Below, piece after piece: positions 49,101-60,949 of a DNA stretch of 64,000 nt. Location of the stretch: the NCBI GenBank assembly GCA_977017645.1, contig OZ360226.1, forward strand, positions 133,300,001 to 133,364,000. The letters run 5' to 3'. The notes under the pieces are model-generated. The model was given only the letters and a program-made list of their open reading frames with translations. It did not search any database and was not told where the DNA came from. Source of the DNA: Torpedo marmorata (lineage: Eukaryota). The position numbers were made by a program, and so were the translations under genes. Each line of letters starts with the position of its first letter. Position 1 is the stretch's first letter.

Positions 49101-51336
49101 TTGAAAAAGATATTGAATTCTCGGAAAAACATTCATTTTAATACAATTTACCCTTCCCATTAGAGTTATAGGCAAATCCTTCCAATTCTCCAGATCTCTT
49201 TTTATATTCACAAATAATGGTAAATAGTTTAATTTATACAGATTAGTTAATTTTGTATCAATCTTTATTCCCAAATATTTAATTCCTTTCTCTGACCATT
49301 TAAATTGTGTATTTTCTTTACATTTACTATAATCCCCTTGTGTTAAAGGCATAATTTCACTTTTATCCGAATTAATCTTATAACCAGATATTTCCCCATA
49401 TTCTTTCAATAAAACAGACAATTGCACTAAAGAATTAATAGGTTTTGTCATATATATCAATACATCATCTGCAAATAAACTAATTTTGTGTTCTTCATTA
49501 CCAACTTTAATACCTGCAATCTTAATATCTTGTCTAACTAATTCAGCTCAAGGTTCTATTGCTAAAATAAACAATGCTGGCGATAAAGGACAACCTTGTC
49601 TAGTAGACCTAGTTAAGGAAAATTTTGAAGATATTTGTCCATTTGTGACCACTCCAGCAGAAGGTTCTTTATATATAGTTTTAATCCAATTAATAAATGT
49701 ATTTCCAAAACCGAATTTTTCCAGTACCTTAAATAAATAATTCCACTCTAATCTATCAAAAGCCTTTTCGGCATCTAATGTAATACTAATGCCAGTTCCT
49801 CTCTCTTTTGTGCCACATTTATTAAACTAATTAATCTAGCGATATTATCTTTTGAATATCTGTTCTTAATAAAACCTGCTTGATCTACATGAACTAAATC
49901 TGGTAAATACTTAGCCACTCTATTTGCTAAAATTTTCGCCATTATTTTATAGTCCACATTTAACAATGATATTGGTCTATATGATTCTGTTTTCAACAAG
50001 TCTCTATCTTTTTTCGGTATGACTGTTATTATTGCATTTGAGAAGGTTTCCGGTAGAGAATGAGTTTCCGTTATTTGTTTTAACACCTCCATATAAGGAG
50101 GTATCAATAAGTCCTTAAATTTCTTATAAAATTTTGATGGGAAACCATCCTCCCCCGGAGATTTCCCACTTGTTAAAGAACTAAGAACCTCATTAACTTC
50201 CCTCATCGTAAATGGTGAATCTAAAGATTCTTTACTAAGTGTATCTAACCTAGGCATCTTAATTTTGGATAAAAATGTGTTAATCTTAGAATCATCTTTA
50301 TCGACTTGAGATGTATATAAATTCAAATAAAAATCTTTGAAAGAATCATTTATTTCTCGCGGTTTATAAGTTATTTTCTTAGAATTCTTTTTTATAGCCG
50401 TTATAGTTCTAGAGGTTTGTTCCTTCTTTAATTGCCAGGCTAAAACCTTATGAGCTCTTTCTCCCAATTCGTAAAACCTTTGCTTAGTTCTTTCAATGAG
50501 TTTTTCCAATTTATATGTTTGTAACGTATTATAATATAATTTTTTCTCAATTAAATCCTTCTTCTTTTCTTCTGATCTCTTTCTTTGTAAATCCTTCTCC
50601 AAAAACTCAATCTCCTTCTCCAAGTTATCCAATTCCTGAATATTCTCCTTCTTAACTTTTGCTGAATAACTTATTATCTGACCTCTTAAATAAGCTTTCA
50701 AAGCATCCCAAATAATAAATTTATTTTCAATGGAATCAGAGTTGATCTGTAAGAATTCTTGGATTTCTCTTCTTATATATTTACAAAAATCCGCTCTTTT
50801 TAATAAAGAAGAGTTAAACCTCCATCTATATATAATTTTTTCTTTTTCCGGAATTATGCATGACATTAATAAAGGCGAATGGTCAGAAATTAATCTCGCC
50901 TTATATTGTACTTGAGTCACCCTATCTTGTAATTGTGCTGACAGCAAAAACATGTCTATTCTAGAATAAGAATCATGTCTAGAAGAATAAAAAAAATATT
51001 ATTTCTTTTTGAAGGTATGGAGCCCATATACAAAAACTGTGGGGTTAAAGATTTGAATATCTCTTGATACCAGGTCTGACTGGTATCAAGAGATAAGTAA
51101 TTATAAGTAATTATTGGTGTTCCACAATAAAAATTAATAGTTGTTTTTTCTTTTAGATTGACATTCTCCACATTCTATTCTTTTTTTTTCTATATTATTA
51201 GAGTAGTAGGAGTGGGTGGGTTAGGGAGGGGAGGGTGAAAATATATCACATGTATTTTGATAATTTTGAATTTTGTAAACATGTATTATCGTGTGATTAA
51301 AAATTTTAAATAAAATATTTTTTTAAAACATTTTTA
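46175..51336 (+). mobile_element. 5'-truncated L1 (copy a) inserted in the protease of element C
   Basis: TSD AATRCCACTAAAGT at 46161-46174 and 51337-51350; ORF2 C-terminus in 46219..46740 and 46937..47554, resuming at about 51005 as FLKVWSPYTKTVGLKI*. Confidence 0.9.
47530..50993 (-). mobile_element. 5'-truncated L1 (copy b, same family) inserted antiparallel in copy a
   Basis: TSD AAATATTATTTCTTTTT at 47513-47529 and 50994-51010; ORFs 49775..50953, 48837..49460, 47781..48749 with SDHSP, YRPISLLN, DAEKAFD, FADD. Confidence 0.92.
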
Positions 51337-53594
51337 AATGCCACTAAAGTTTAAAAACACGACTGTTACCCCACCTCACCATTAAAGAGTCCGATATGGT
51401 GTTGAAAACGGTCACAGGGGAGAAAGTCAAGGTGTTTGGAAAATGCAAAGTAAACGTGGAATATAAAGGACAGACACCTAAAAACTGGTTATCCCACATC
51501 CAACTAGATTGGATGGAAATTGGATCCATAATGAACGTATGCCTGGAGGATGAGGCCAGGCCAAAACTGGAGCAAGTGCTTAAGAGGTATCAGACGATTT
51601 TCAGAAAAGGCCTGGGGAAAATCCAAGGAGTCCAGGCAAAGTTACACTTGAAACCCGGTGTTCAACCCCGGTTCTATAAGCCCAGGACAGGACCGTTTGC
51701 AATAAAAGGGAAGATTGAATCAGAACTTAACTGGTTGGAAAATGAAGGAATCCTGGAAAGAATTCAATACAGTGACTGGGCAGCTCCCATCGTACCAGTC
51801 CGAAAAGCCAATGGAGAAATCCAAATTTGTGGTGATTACAAAATCACCATTAATCAGGCTCTGCAAATACCTGAACATCCTATGCCCAAAGCGGAGGAAT
51901 TATTTCAGGCCCTGAATGGGGGTAGAAAATTCACGAAATTGGACATCCCAGGCGTATCAGCAAGTCGAATTGGATGAGGCCTCAAAGAAATATGTGGTCA
52001 TCAATACTCACTTGGGGTTATTCACCTATACCCGAATGCCATATGGAATATCAGCAGCCCCAGCGATATTTCAAGCGATCATGGACAAATTGTTGCACGG
52101 CATAAATGTAGGATGCTACCTCGATGACATCATAATTACAGGTCGAAACGACTCAGAGCATCTATCAAACCTGGAAAAGGTCCTAGCCCAATTGCAACAA
52201 GCAAACGTCCGTCTGCGCCTGGACAAGTATGTAATTATGGTACCTTCCGTAACATATTTAGGATTTACAATTAATAGTGAAGGAGTCCGACTGGATACCA
52301 CTGGTACCGAGGCCGTCCGCAGAGCACCCTACCCACCTACCCATCGAATAAAGCCGAATTGCAATCATTCTTGGCTTTGGTTAACCAGTATCGGAAGCAC
52401 ATTCCAAATATGTCAACGCTGTGCAGCCCGCTGAACCAATGGTTAAGAAAAGAACAGAAATGGTGCTGGAATGAAGAGACAAGTAACGTGGTCAATCATT
52501 TGAAAGAACTGCTGACATCAAGCGATAATGTTCTTGTCCACTACGACCCAGAAAAGGAAGTGACCCTGGCGGTAGATGCTTCGCCAGTGGGCTTAGGTGC
52601 AGTGTTGTCACAAGTAATGGAAAAGGGGGAACAATGGGTAGCTTATGCCTCTTTGACGGCTTGTGAATGTAATTATGCACAATTGGAAAAAGAAGGACTT
52701 GCCATAATATGTGGTGTCAAACGATTTCACCAATACTTATTTGATAGGAAGTTTACCTTGGTAACAGACAACAAACCACTGAGTTTGATTCTAGGCCCTA
52801 AAAAGGGGATTCCAGTGCTAGCTGCAACAAGAATTCAAACGTGGGCCATGCAGTTCGCCGCATATGATTACGATTTTAAACATAAACCAGCAACTCAAAA
52901 CGGCCATGCTGATGCCCTATCTCACTTACTTCTACCTGAAACTGAACAGAAAGACGAGATAATTAAATGGACGGCAGAAGCTACAGCTATTAATCAAGAA
53001 CAACTTCATTGCTTACCAATGACAGAAAAGACTATCAGCAAAGAAGTACGGAAAGAAGCTAAACTGTCAAAGGTCCTATATTTCACATTAAATGGGTGGC
53101 CCGAGGCTGAAGCTATTTTTCCAGAACTGAAACCTTATTATACACGACGCAATGAAATATCAATTGAAGAAGGTTGTTTATTATGGGGAACAAGGACAAT
53201 CGTTCTTACGAAATAGCAGGCTGCCATGTTATCAGAACTCCACAATAATCACCCAGGGATGGTTCGAATGAAAGCTTTGACACATATGCATGTCTGGTGG
53301 CCATCAATGGACATCGATATTGAACAGACAGTGAGAAGATGTTGCATTTGTCAGGAGATGCAACCCAAAGCACCTCAAGCCGAAGCTAACCCATGGAAGT
53401 GGCCATCGCGACCATGGCACAGGATTCACGTAGATTTCGCTGGTCCCTTTATGGGAGAAAACTTCCTTATTGTTGTCGATGCACACTCTAAATGGCCAGT
53501 AGTGTCACACATGTGAACAACAACAACAGACCAGACAACTGAAAGACTACGAAGTATGTTCGCATCATATGGATTACCTATAGAACTAGTCTCC

Positions 53595-53896
53595 TTTTGA
53601 TTTATGGTAGGAAACAAAAATTACAAAATATATATAACCTTCAGGATAAGCTGCTCAGCTGTTTTTTGTTAGTTTTTTTTAGAGTAGGTTAGGTGGTTTT
53701 TTAAAAATATATATAATACTTTTGATGGTTTTTCTCATTGTCACCTATTGCAGTGGAGTGGGGATCGAATTTATACTGTTTGAAGTTTTATTTTAATATA
53801 TATGCATATGTGATATTGTATTTTCAATTTTGTTCCCTTTTCTTCATTGTATTGTATTTCTTATAAAAATCAATAAAAAAGATTGAAAAAGAAAAG
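53595..53896 (+). mobile_element. L1 3' UTR-only insertion in the integrase of element C
   Basis: 13-bp TSD AGAACTAGTCTCC (53582-53594 and 53897-53909); AATAAAAAAGATTGAAAAAGAAAAG end like the L1 at 598-7353. Confidence 0.88.
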
Positions 53897-55083
53897 AGAA
53901 CTAGTCTCCAATAATGGGCCGCAATTTGTATCCGATACTTTTAAGGTGTTCCTATGTAATAACAATATACAACACATCTTATCCACACCCTACCACCCAA
54001 GCATGAATGGGGAAGCGGAACGTTTTGTACAAACTTTTAAAAAGCCCATGAAGACTAAGAAAATCCTAAACATATCATGGAATCACAAAATCGCAGATTT
54101 TCTGTTAGGATATAGAAACACGCCGCACTCTACAAACAAACGAACACCAGCAGAATTGATGTTTGGGCGTGACTTAAGGACAAGACTTTCCACAGTGCAC
54201 CCGAACATCGGCCTCTGCATGGAACAATCCACATCTCCAGGTAAATCTACCAGATCTCTGGAAGTAGGAGAGCGAGTACTGGTACGAGACTATAGGGAGC
54301 CATAGGTGAGAGGCGTGATTCTTAAAAAAACTAAGTCCCTGTTCTTATTCTATACTGGTGGGAACTAAAATATGGAAACGGCACATTGACCAGTTAAGAG
54401 CGGTGGATGATCCTATGGCCACACCTCTGCTCACGAGCCCGATGAGATTCCATTTTGGGCTCCTGCCACCGACGATGTCCCAGAAATATCTTCGGGAAAT
54501 GATGCCCGCTCGATGTCGACTGCTCAGCAGAGCAGTCCTACACTACGTCCGGCTTAACAGAGCAGTCCTACACTGCGTCCTGCTCAGCAGCGCAGTCCAA
54601 TGCAACGTCCAAATAGGGCTCGCCAAAGACTAAGTTCACAGTCCTTACCACCAACCGAGGAGGAGATACTACCCCACAAAGCAAAGAGTCCGGAGAAGTC
54701 GCAAAGTATCCCAGCGGATTCTACCTCGCCAAGAAAATCCAAAAGGGAAAGACATCCTTCAGAATGCCTAAGGGACTACGTACAGTGACTTGGCAACTTA
54801 ACATGTCATACTTACGTTGTAGTGTAATTATGATTCTCACCATTAGTTCATGTGCACCACGTAGTTATCGTAGTTTAGTATAAGTGCTGCCTATATGTTA
54901 TTTTCACGAAGCATTTATTTTGTGGGGGGGAAGAGTGTTGTGAATATACGCCTGCGTGCGTATGATGTCATCATGTATATATATTGTGTGCTGCGGGGGA
55001 ACCATTTTAGAACTACAATAAAGAATGAATGAAGCATCACGACTCCGTGTGCTAGTGTATTTCTAAGCCTAGAATACACAACA

Positions 55084-55245
55084 GTCTCACCAGAGATTTG
55101 TAGAGTTGCAACCTGACCTCTTGACTCTTGAACTCAATCCCCCTATTAATGAAGCCCAACATCCCATAGGCCTTCTTAACTATCCTATCAACCTGCGCGG
55201 CGACCTTGAGGGATGTATGGATTTGGACCCCAAGTTCCTCTGTTG
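55084..55245 (-). mobile_element. CR1 fragment (5' part of the copy split by element C)
   Basis: LKVAAQVDRIVKKAYGMLGFINRGIEFKS...LQLYKSLVR. Confidence 0.85.
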
Positions 55246-55923
55246 CCCTTATCAAATCATCTGCGTTCATCTGCCAAGATCTTGTGTTGGTTTGTTATGA
55301 AAGTTCCGATTGAGAAAGCAACAATTCAAGATGCAGACAGTGAGGGAAATGTGCAGTTTCCCAGAAATGTACATCAGACAAGTTCCATTAAAATCCTTAA
55401 GATAGCTTTTCGAATTAACTGCCATTTCTCTTCCTGGAGTGCCTTGCTGTGTGTTTCCAGTAATTTCTCTGGTAATTTCTGATTTACAGCATCTACAGTA
55501 CCTTGGTTTTAATTCAGATGCCCTGTATTAAATTTTTATCATAACAGTTCTTTCCAAGCAGACGAAAAGATTATTTGTCCAATTTCATAATTAATGCTGG
55601 ACCATTGCAAGTGACTTGTACCTTGGCAGCTATGGTATTGTTGAAGACCATATGCAGTATGTTTTAGTAGCATGCATCACAGAATTTGATTGCTAATGTC
55701 ACTCTCAAAGAGAAATCAAAGTCCAGTTCATTTGTGAGTTCACTTACTGCTTCCTTTCTTTGGTGTTGATATCTTTATGCCAATTGATGTTATGGTAGCT
55801 ACTGCTTAGATGGTTGCATAAGACCCAAAGCTATCTGGCACATGATACCACAATCCAGAAATGATTAAAAGTTGGAAAACAATATGAATCTGCACAATTA
55901 TCAGGATTGTGAACTTTTGAAGA

Positions 55924-58145
55924 GTTCAGATTTCAGATTTATTTTCAGAGTACATACATGACGTCACATAGAAACATAGAAAATAGATGTAGGAGTAGGC
56001 CATTTGGCCCTTCAAGCCTACACCGCCATTCGTTTTGATCATGGCTGATCATCCACTCAGTACCCAGTACCAGCTCTCTCTCCATACCCCCTGATCCCCT
56101 TAGTCACAAGTGCCAAATCTAACTCCCTCTTAAATATAGCTAAGGAACCGGCCTCAACTACTTCCTGTGGCAGAGAATTCCACAAATTCACCACCCTCAG
56201 AGTGAATTTTTTTTTCTCATCTCAGTCCTAAAAGACTTCCCCTTTATCCTTAAACTGTGACCCCTGGCTCTAGACTTCCCCAACATCGGGAACAACCTTC
56301 CTGCATCTAGCCTGTCCAATCCCTTAAGAATTTTGTACGTTTCTATTAAATCTCCTCTTAATCTTCTAAATTCCAGCGAGAATAAGCCTAGTTGATCCAG
56401 CCTCTCTTCATATGCAAGTCCCGCCATCCCTGGTATCAATCTAGTAAACCTTTTCTGCATTCTCTCTATGGCAATGATGTCTTTCCTCAGATAAGGAGAC
56501 GAAAACTGAACACAATACTCCAGGTGAGGTCTCATCAAGGCCCTATACAACTGCATCAATACCTCTCTGCTTCTGTACTCGAATCCTCTTGATATGAACG
56601 CCAACATACCATTCGCTTTTTTTACTGCTTGCTGCACCTGCATGCCCACTTTCAATGACTGATGCACAGCGACACCCAGGTCTCTGCATCTCTCCTTTTC
56701 CTAATCGGATACCATTAAGATAATACTCAGCCCTCCCATTCTTGCCACCAAAGTGGATAACCTCACACTTATCCACATACATCCCTGAGATTCTTTTTCC
56801 TGCGGGCTCAGCAGAATTACCACTAATTGGTAGTGCAAAAAGTAAACTGTACACAGCGTAAACATGTAAACAATCAAAAGAACTGCTAACAGGTAACGAA
56901 TGAAAATGAAACTGACTGTGCAATACAGAGAGAGCAAAGAAAAATCAATAAAGTGCACGAGTAAGAGTCCTTAAATGAGTCTCTGATTTGACTTTGTTGT
57001 TGAGGATTCTGATGGTAGAGGGGTAGCAGCTGTTCCTAAACCTGGTGGTGCGAGTCTTGCGGCACTGATACCTCTTTCCTGATGGCAGCAGCGAGAACAG
57101 AGCGTGTGCTGGGTGATGTGGGTCTTTGATGATTGCTGCTGCCCTCCGACGGCAGCGTTCCCTGTAGATGTACTCAATAGTGGGGAGGGTTTTGCCAGTA
57201 ATGTCCTGGGCTGTGTCCACTACCTTTTGGAGGGCTTTACGCTCAGGGGTATTGGTGTTCCCATACCAGACCATGATGCAGCCAGTCAGCACACTTTCCA
57301 CCACACATCTGTAGAAATTTGCCCAGGGTTTCTGGTGTCATACCAAACCTCTGCAAACTCCTGAGGAAGTAGAGGCGCTGACGTGCTTTCTTCACGATGC
57401 CATTGGTGTGTTGGGTCCAGGAAAGATCCTCCGAGATAGTGACTCCCAAGAACCTAAATTTGCTCACCCTCTCCACCTCTGATCCCCCAATGATCACTGG
57501 ATTGTATATGTCTGGCTTTCCTTTACTGAAGTCAACAATCAGCTCCTTGTGCAAGGTTGTTGTTGGTGCACCATTCAGCCAGGTTTTCAATCTCCATCCT
57601 GTATGCTGACTCATCCCCTTCCTTTATACAACCGACTACCATGGTATCGTCGGCAAATTTGTAGATAGTGTTATTGTCATACCGAGCAACACAGTCGTAG
57701 GTGTAAAGTGAGTAGAGCAGGGGGCTAAGAACACAGCCCTGTGGTGCTCTGGTACTGATGGAGATTGTGGAGGAGAAGTTCTTACCAATCTTCACTGATT
57801 GTGGTCTGGAGGTGAGGAAATCCATGATCCAATTACGCAGTGGGGTGTTAACTCCCAGGTCTTGGAGTTTGCTGATCAGTTTTGAGGGGATGATGGTGTT
57901 AAATGCTGAACTGTAGTCGATAAAGAGCATCCTGATGTATGCATCTTTGCTGTCCAGGTGTTCCAGGGCTATGTGTAGAGCCAGTGAGATGGCATCCGCC
58001 GTAAATCTGTTGCCACGATAGGCGAACTGGAATGTATCCATGTCTCAGCTCAGACAGGAGCTGATATGCTTCATTACCAGCCTTTCAAAACACTTCATCA
58101 CTGTTGATGTAAGTGCTACTGGTCGATAGTCGTTAAGGCAGGTTG
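55924..58145 (-). mobile_element. Rex1-like LINE interrupted in its 3' UTR by CR1
   Basis: ORFs 57532..58041, 57243..57614, 56945..57304; tail AATAAATCTGAAATCTGAAC at about 55924-55943. Confidence 0.85.
55966..56775 (-). mobile_element. CR1 LINE 3' fragment
   Basis: ORF 56197..56667 (KKANGMLAFI, RPHLEYCVQF, RGDLIETYKI); (TTTCTATG)n tail. Confidence 0.88.
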
Positions 58146-58609
58146 AGGCAAGTAAATGATTGTGCCAAAGTGAAGCATCAACTAACAATGTTGGTCAGCA
58201 TAGGGCTAGAAAGAGTAAATGAAAAGTGAATGGTTGGAAAATGGGGGTGAAGATGAAAAGGAGAGATCAGATCTGGGATCTATTGGAAGAGATGAGATTG
58301 GATAGAGTAGAGAAAAGGAAATAAACATCTGAAATTGGAAAGTTAAAAAGAGTCCCACCTGGACAGGTGAACAGGCAAGAGTTAGTGGTGGTGTAATGTT
58401 CTGAAGTAAGGAAACAAAATTAATGTACCTTCACAGAAGGCCTTCATCTCCCAAGCAAAAGGCTCTGTGAACTTCTACTCATTGTTGAAAGAGAGTGGAA
58501 GGAATTGGTTAAAGGATGCTTTGGGAGGTAGCTTGTCATGAAGGAAAGGAATTGTGAGTTGTTCATTAATAGGTACACAATCCTACAGCACAGTAAAAAA
58601 GATTTTATC

Positions 58610-59299
58610 ACCACACACATATTCCCCTCTCCGCCTTCCGCAGGGACTGCTCCCTGGGTGACTCCCTTGTCCACCCCTCCCTCCCCACCAATCATCCTTT
58701 TGGCTCCTACCCCTGTGACCGCAGGAGATGCTCCACTTGCACCCACACCTCTTCCCTCACCACCATTCGGGGCCCCAAACAGTCCTTCCAAGTGAAACAA
58801 CATTTCACTTGTGAATCTATAGGGGTCATCTACTGCATATGGTGCTCCATTTGGTGTTCTCTACATCAGAGAGACTGTGTGCAGACTAGGAGATCGCTTT
58901 GTTGAGCACCTCGGCTCTGTCCACCGCGATAGCTTTGGTGCCTCCTTTGTACTGGATTTGGTTTTGTAGCAGGTGATGTCATTTGGGCCCTGCCACAGCT
59001 GTCGGATATCCTTCATTGTTTCCTTTCTTGTCCGAAATCTCCACTTTGCCTGTGTAGTGTTCTGGATCTCTGGACTTAAATGTGGTAGCGTGGATCACCC
59101 AGTGGTCACCCATTTCAATTCCCCATCCCATTCCCTTGCTGACAAGTCTGTCCATGGTCTCATGCACTGCTAGACTGAGACCACCTGCAAATTGGAGGCA
59201 CAACACCTCATCTTCCATCTGGGCACCCTCCAACCGGTTTCCATTAAACCCCCCCCTCCCCTTTCTTCTTCCCCCTGTCGCCTTTTACCCAGCTCTGCC

Positions 59300-59334
<35 letters not shown>

Positions 59335-59570
59335 TCCCTTTTCCCTCTTTCACAGAGCCAAAATCAATTCTCACATTTCCTCTTATCATATTCAATTAAC
59401 ACCTTTTGTTGGTCTGGACTCCTCCCCCTGTTATTCTTCAGTCTTTATTCTGATGCCTTCCTGTTCTTTGCTTATACCTTGAGGAAGGGCTCAGACCTGA
59501 AATGTCGGTAATATATCTTTACCTCCTGTGGACACTGCGAGACCGGCTGAGTTCCTCCAGCATTTCTGGT
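58610..59570 (+). mobile_element. Penelope-like element remnant
   Basis: TIRGPKQSFQVKQHFTCES.GVIYCI..., HFNSPSHS, LEAQHLIFHLGTLQP. Confidence 0.8.
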
Positions 59571-59610
59571 GAATCTTTGTAACTTTCTATCACCAAAGGC
59601 AGTGGAAGCC

Positions 59611-59690
59611 AAGTCTTAAAATATATTCAAGAAGGAGTGAGGAACATTTTGTATTGTTCCTTGCTCCTTCTTGAATATATTTTAAGACTT
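59611..59690. repeat. 36-bp-arm inverted repeat within a CR1 3' remnant (about 59570-59775)
   Basis: Arms 59611-59646 and 59655-59690 are complementary at 34/36 positions; 8-nt loop. Confidence 0.95.
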
Positions 59691-59903
59691 GTATACAGGG
59701 GGAAAAAGTGGACGATCAGCCATGATCCTATTAATTGGCGGAGCAGGCTTGAAGGGCTGAACACCCTAATGCTGCTCTCGTTGTCCACGCTTTCTCTTCT
59801 TAATCGTCGATGACATCAAAAGAAGCCCGCATTTGTTCTATGCACAAAGAATGCTAGATTGCTAATAAAGCAGTAGAATTCAGGGGAAGGAGAATATGGA
59901 CTG

Positions 59904-60113
59904 CTCAACCTTTTTTTGGCTATGGCCCCCGTAAGTCTCTGCTCAAAGTTTATGCGCCGTCTTCTCTGTGAAACAGTCAAGTTTAGTTTGTTTCTTCTGT
60001 ACTTCTCTACCTACAGAAAAAACATAAATATTTTATGATTTCAGTACATGCCCCCCCACTAAATGTGCTGTAGCCCCCAGGGGGGGCCATATGGCCCCTG
60101 TTGAGAATGGCTG
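59904..60113. mobile_element. hAT MITE, third copy
   Basis: Homologous to 17283-17484; right TIR GTTGAGAATGGCTG followed by CTCTAG. Confidence 0.8.
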
Positions 60114-60949
60114 CTCTAGTGGCTGTTGGGGGAAGGCCAGGACTTGGTATATTTCATGTCAGACTCCCACTTGAGTAGGTGTACGAAGAGAGCTGATGAT
60201 GAAGGAAATGTTCGCCATAACAACTGCAGCTTTTTGTCCTGATTACTGATTAGCATGAACAAATACTGTCAATATTTTTGTGCATTCAGCAAAAATCATG
60301 ATAGCCTATTCATTTGATAAAATATGTATTGTGTTATTACATTCGTTTTATGGTTCAGTTCATGCAGATCCAGTCTCATTGAGTAACACACAGGAAGTCC
60401 TCCAAACCTCAAATGCATGTTTATGTCTCACATTCTTGAGAGATTGGTTATAGTTCCCTAATACCAATGCCTCAGTTGGTGCATGTAAATCATCACAAAG
60501 GACTCACTCATTTCCAGGTAGTCACAGAAGTCGCATACATGTGTTATGCAACTGCATCATCTCAGGCAGCATTTTGATATTTACTTTTAAAATCTGTATT
60601 ATGTTAAATGTGATTAACTTTATTAATCATTTTCCTGATGTTTTCACAGTTGTTTTGTGTCAGCATTTAACAGGCCTATCTGACAAATTGGAGAGCCATG
60701 CAAAAATGTTCATAGCTGTCTGGCACAAATTTCTAGAACAAATTTAGACAAATAGCTAGATGTCACATTTCAATGGGATGTTTGTCATTATTGTATGGGA
60801 GCACAAATCATTTTACATACCGGTAGTTACATGACAGCGAGAGTTTGCCAGGGAGATGACAAAGACTGACAAAAAAAGGCTAATCTGTGCCAACGATTGT
60901 GCAGTATAGCAGAGGAGCCTTGTTTGCAAATTTACACGGCCATTCAAAA

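Larger units (their letters stand above)
44964..55083 (+). mobile_element. Mag-like Gypsy element C (gag-PR-RT-RH-IN all present, disrupted by three L1 insertions)
   Basis: LTRs 44964-45111 and 54936-55083; TSD GTCTC; PBS TGGCGACGAGGAT at 45115-45127; PPT GGGGGGGAAGAG; LDTGA, CYLDD, VDAS, HVDFAGP, NGPQF motifs. Confidence 0.94.
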
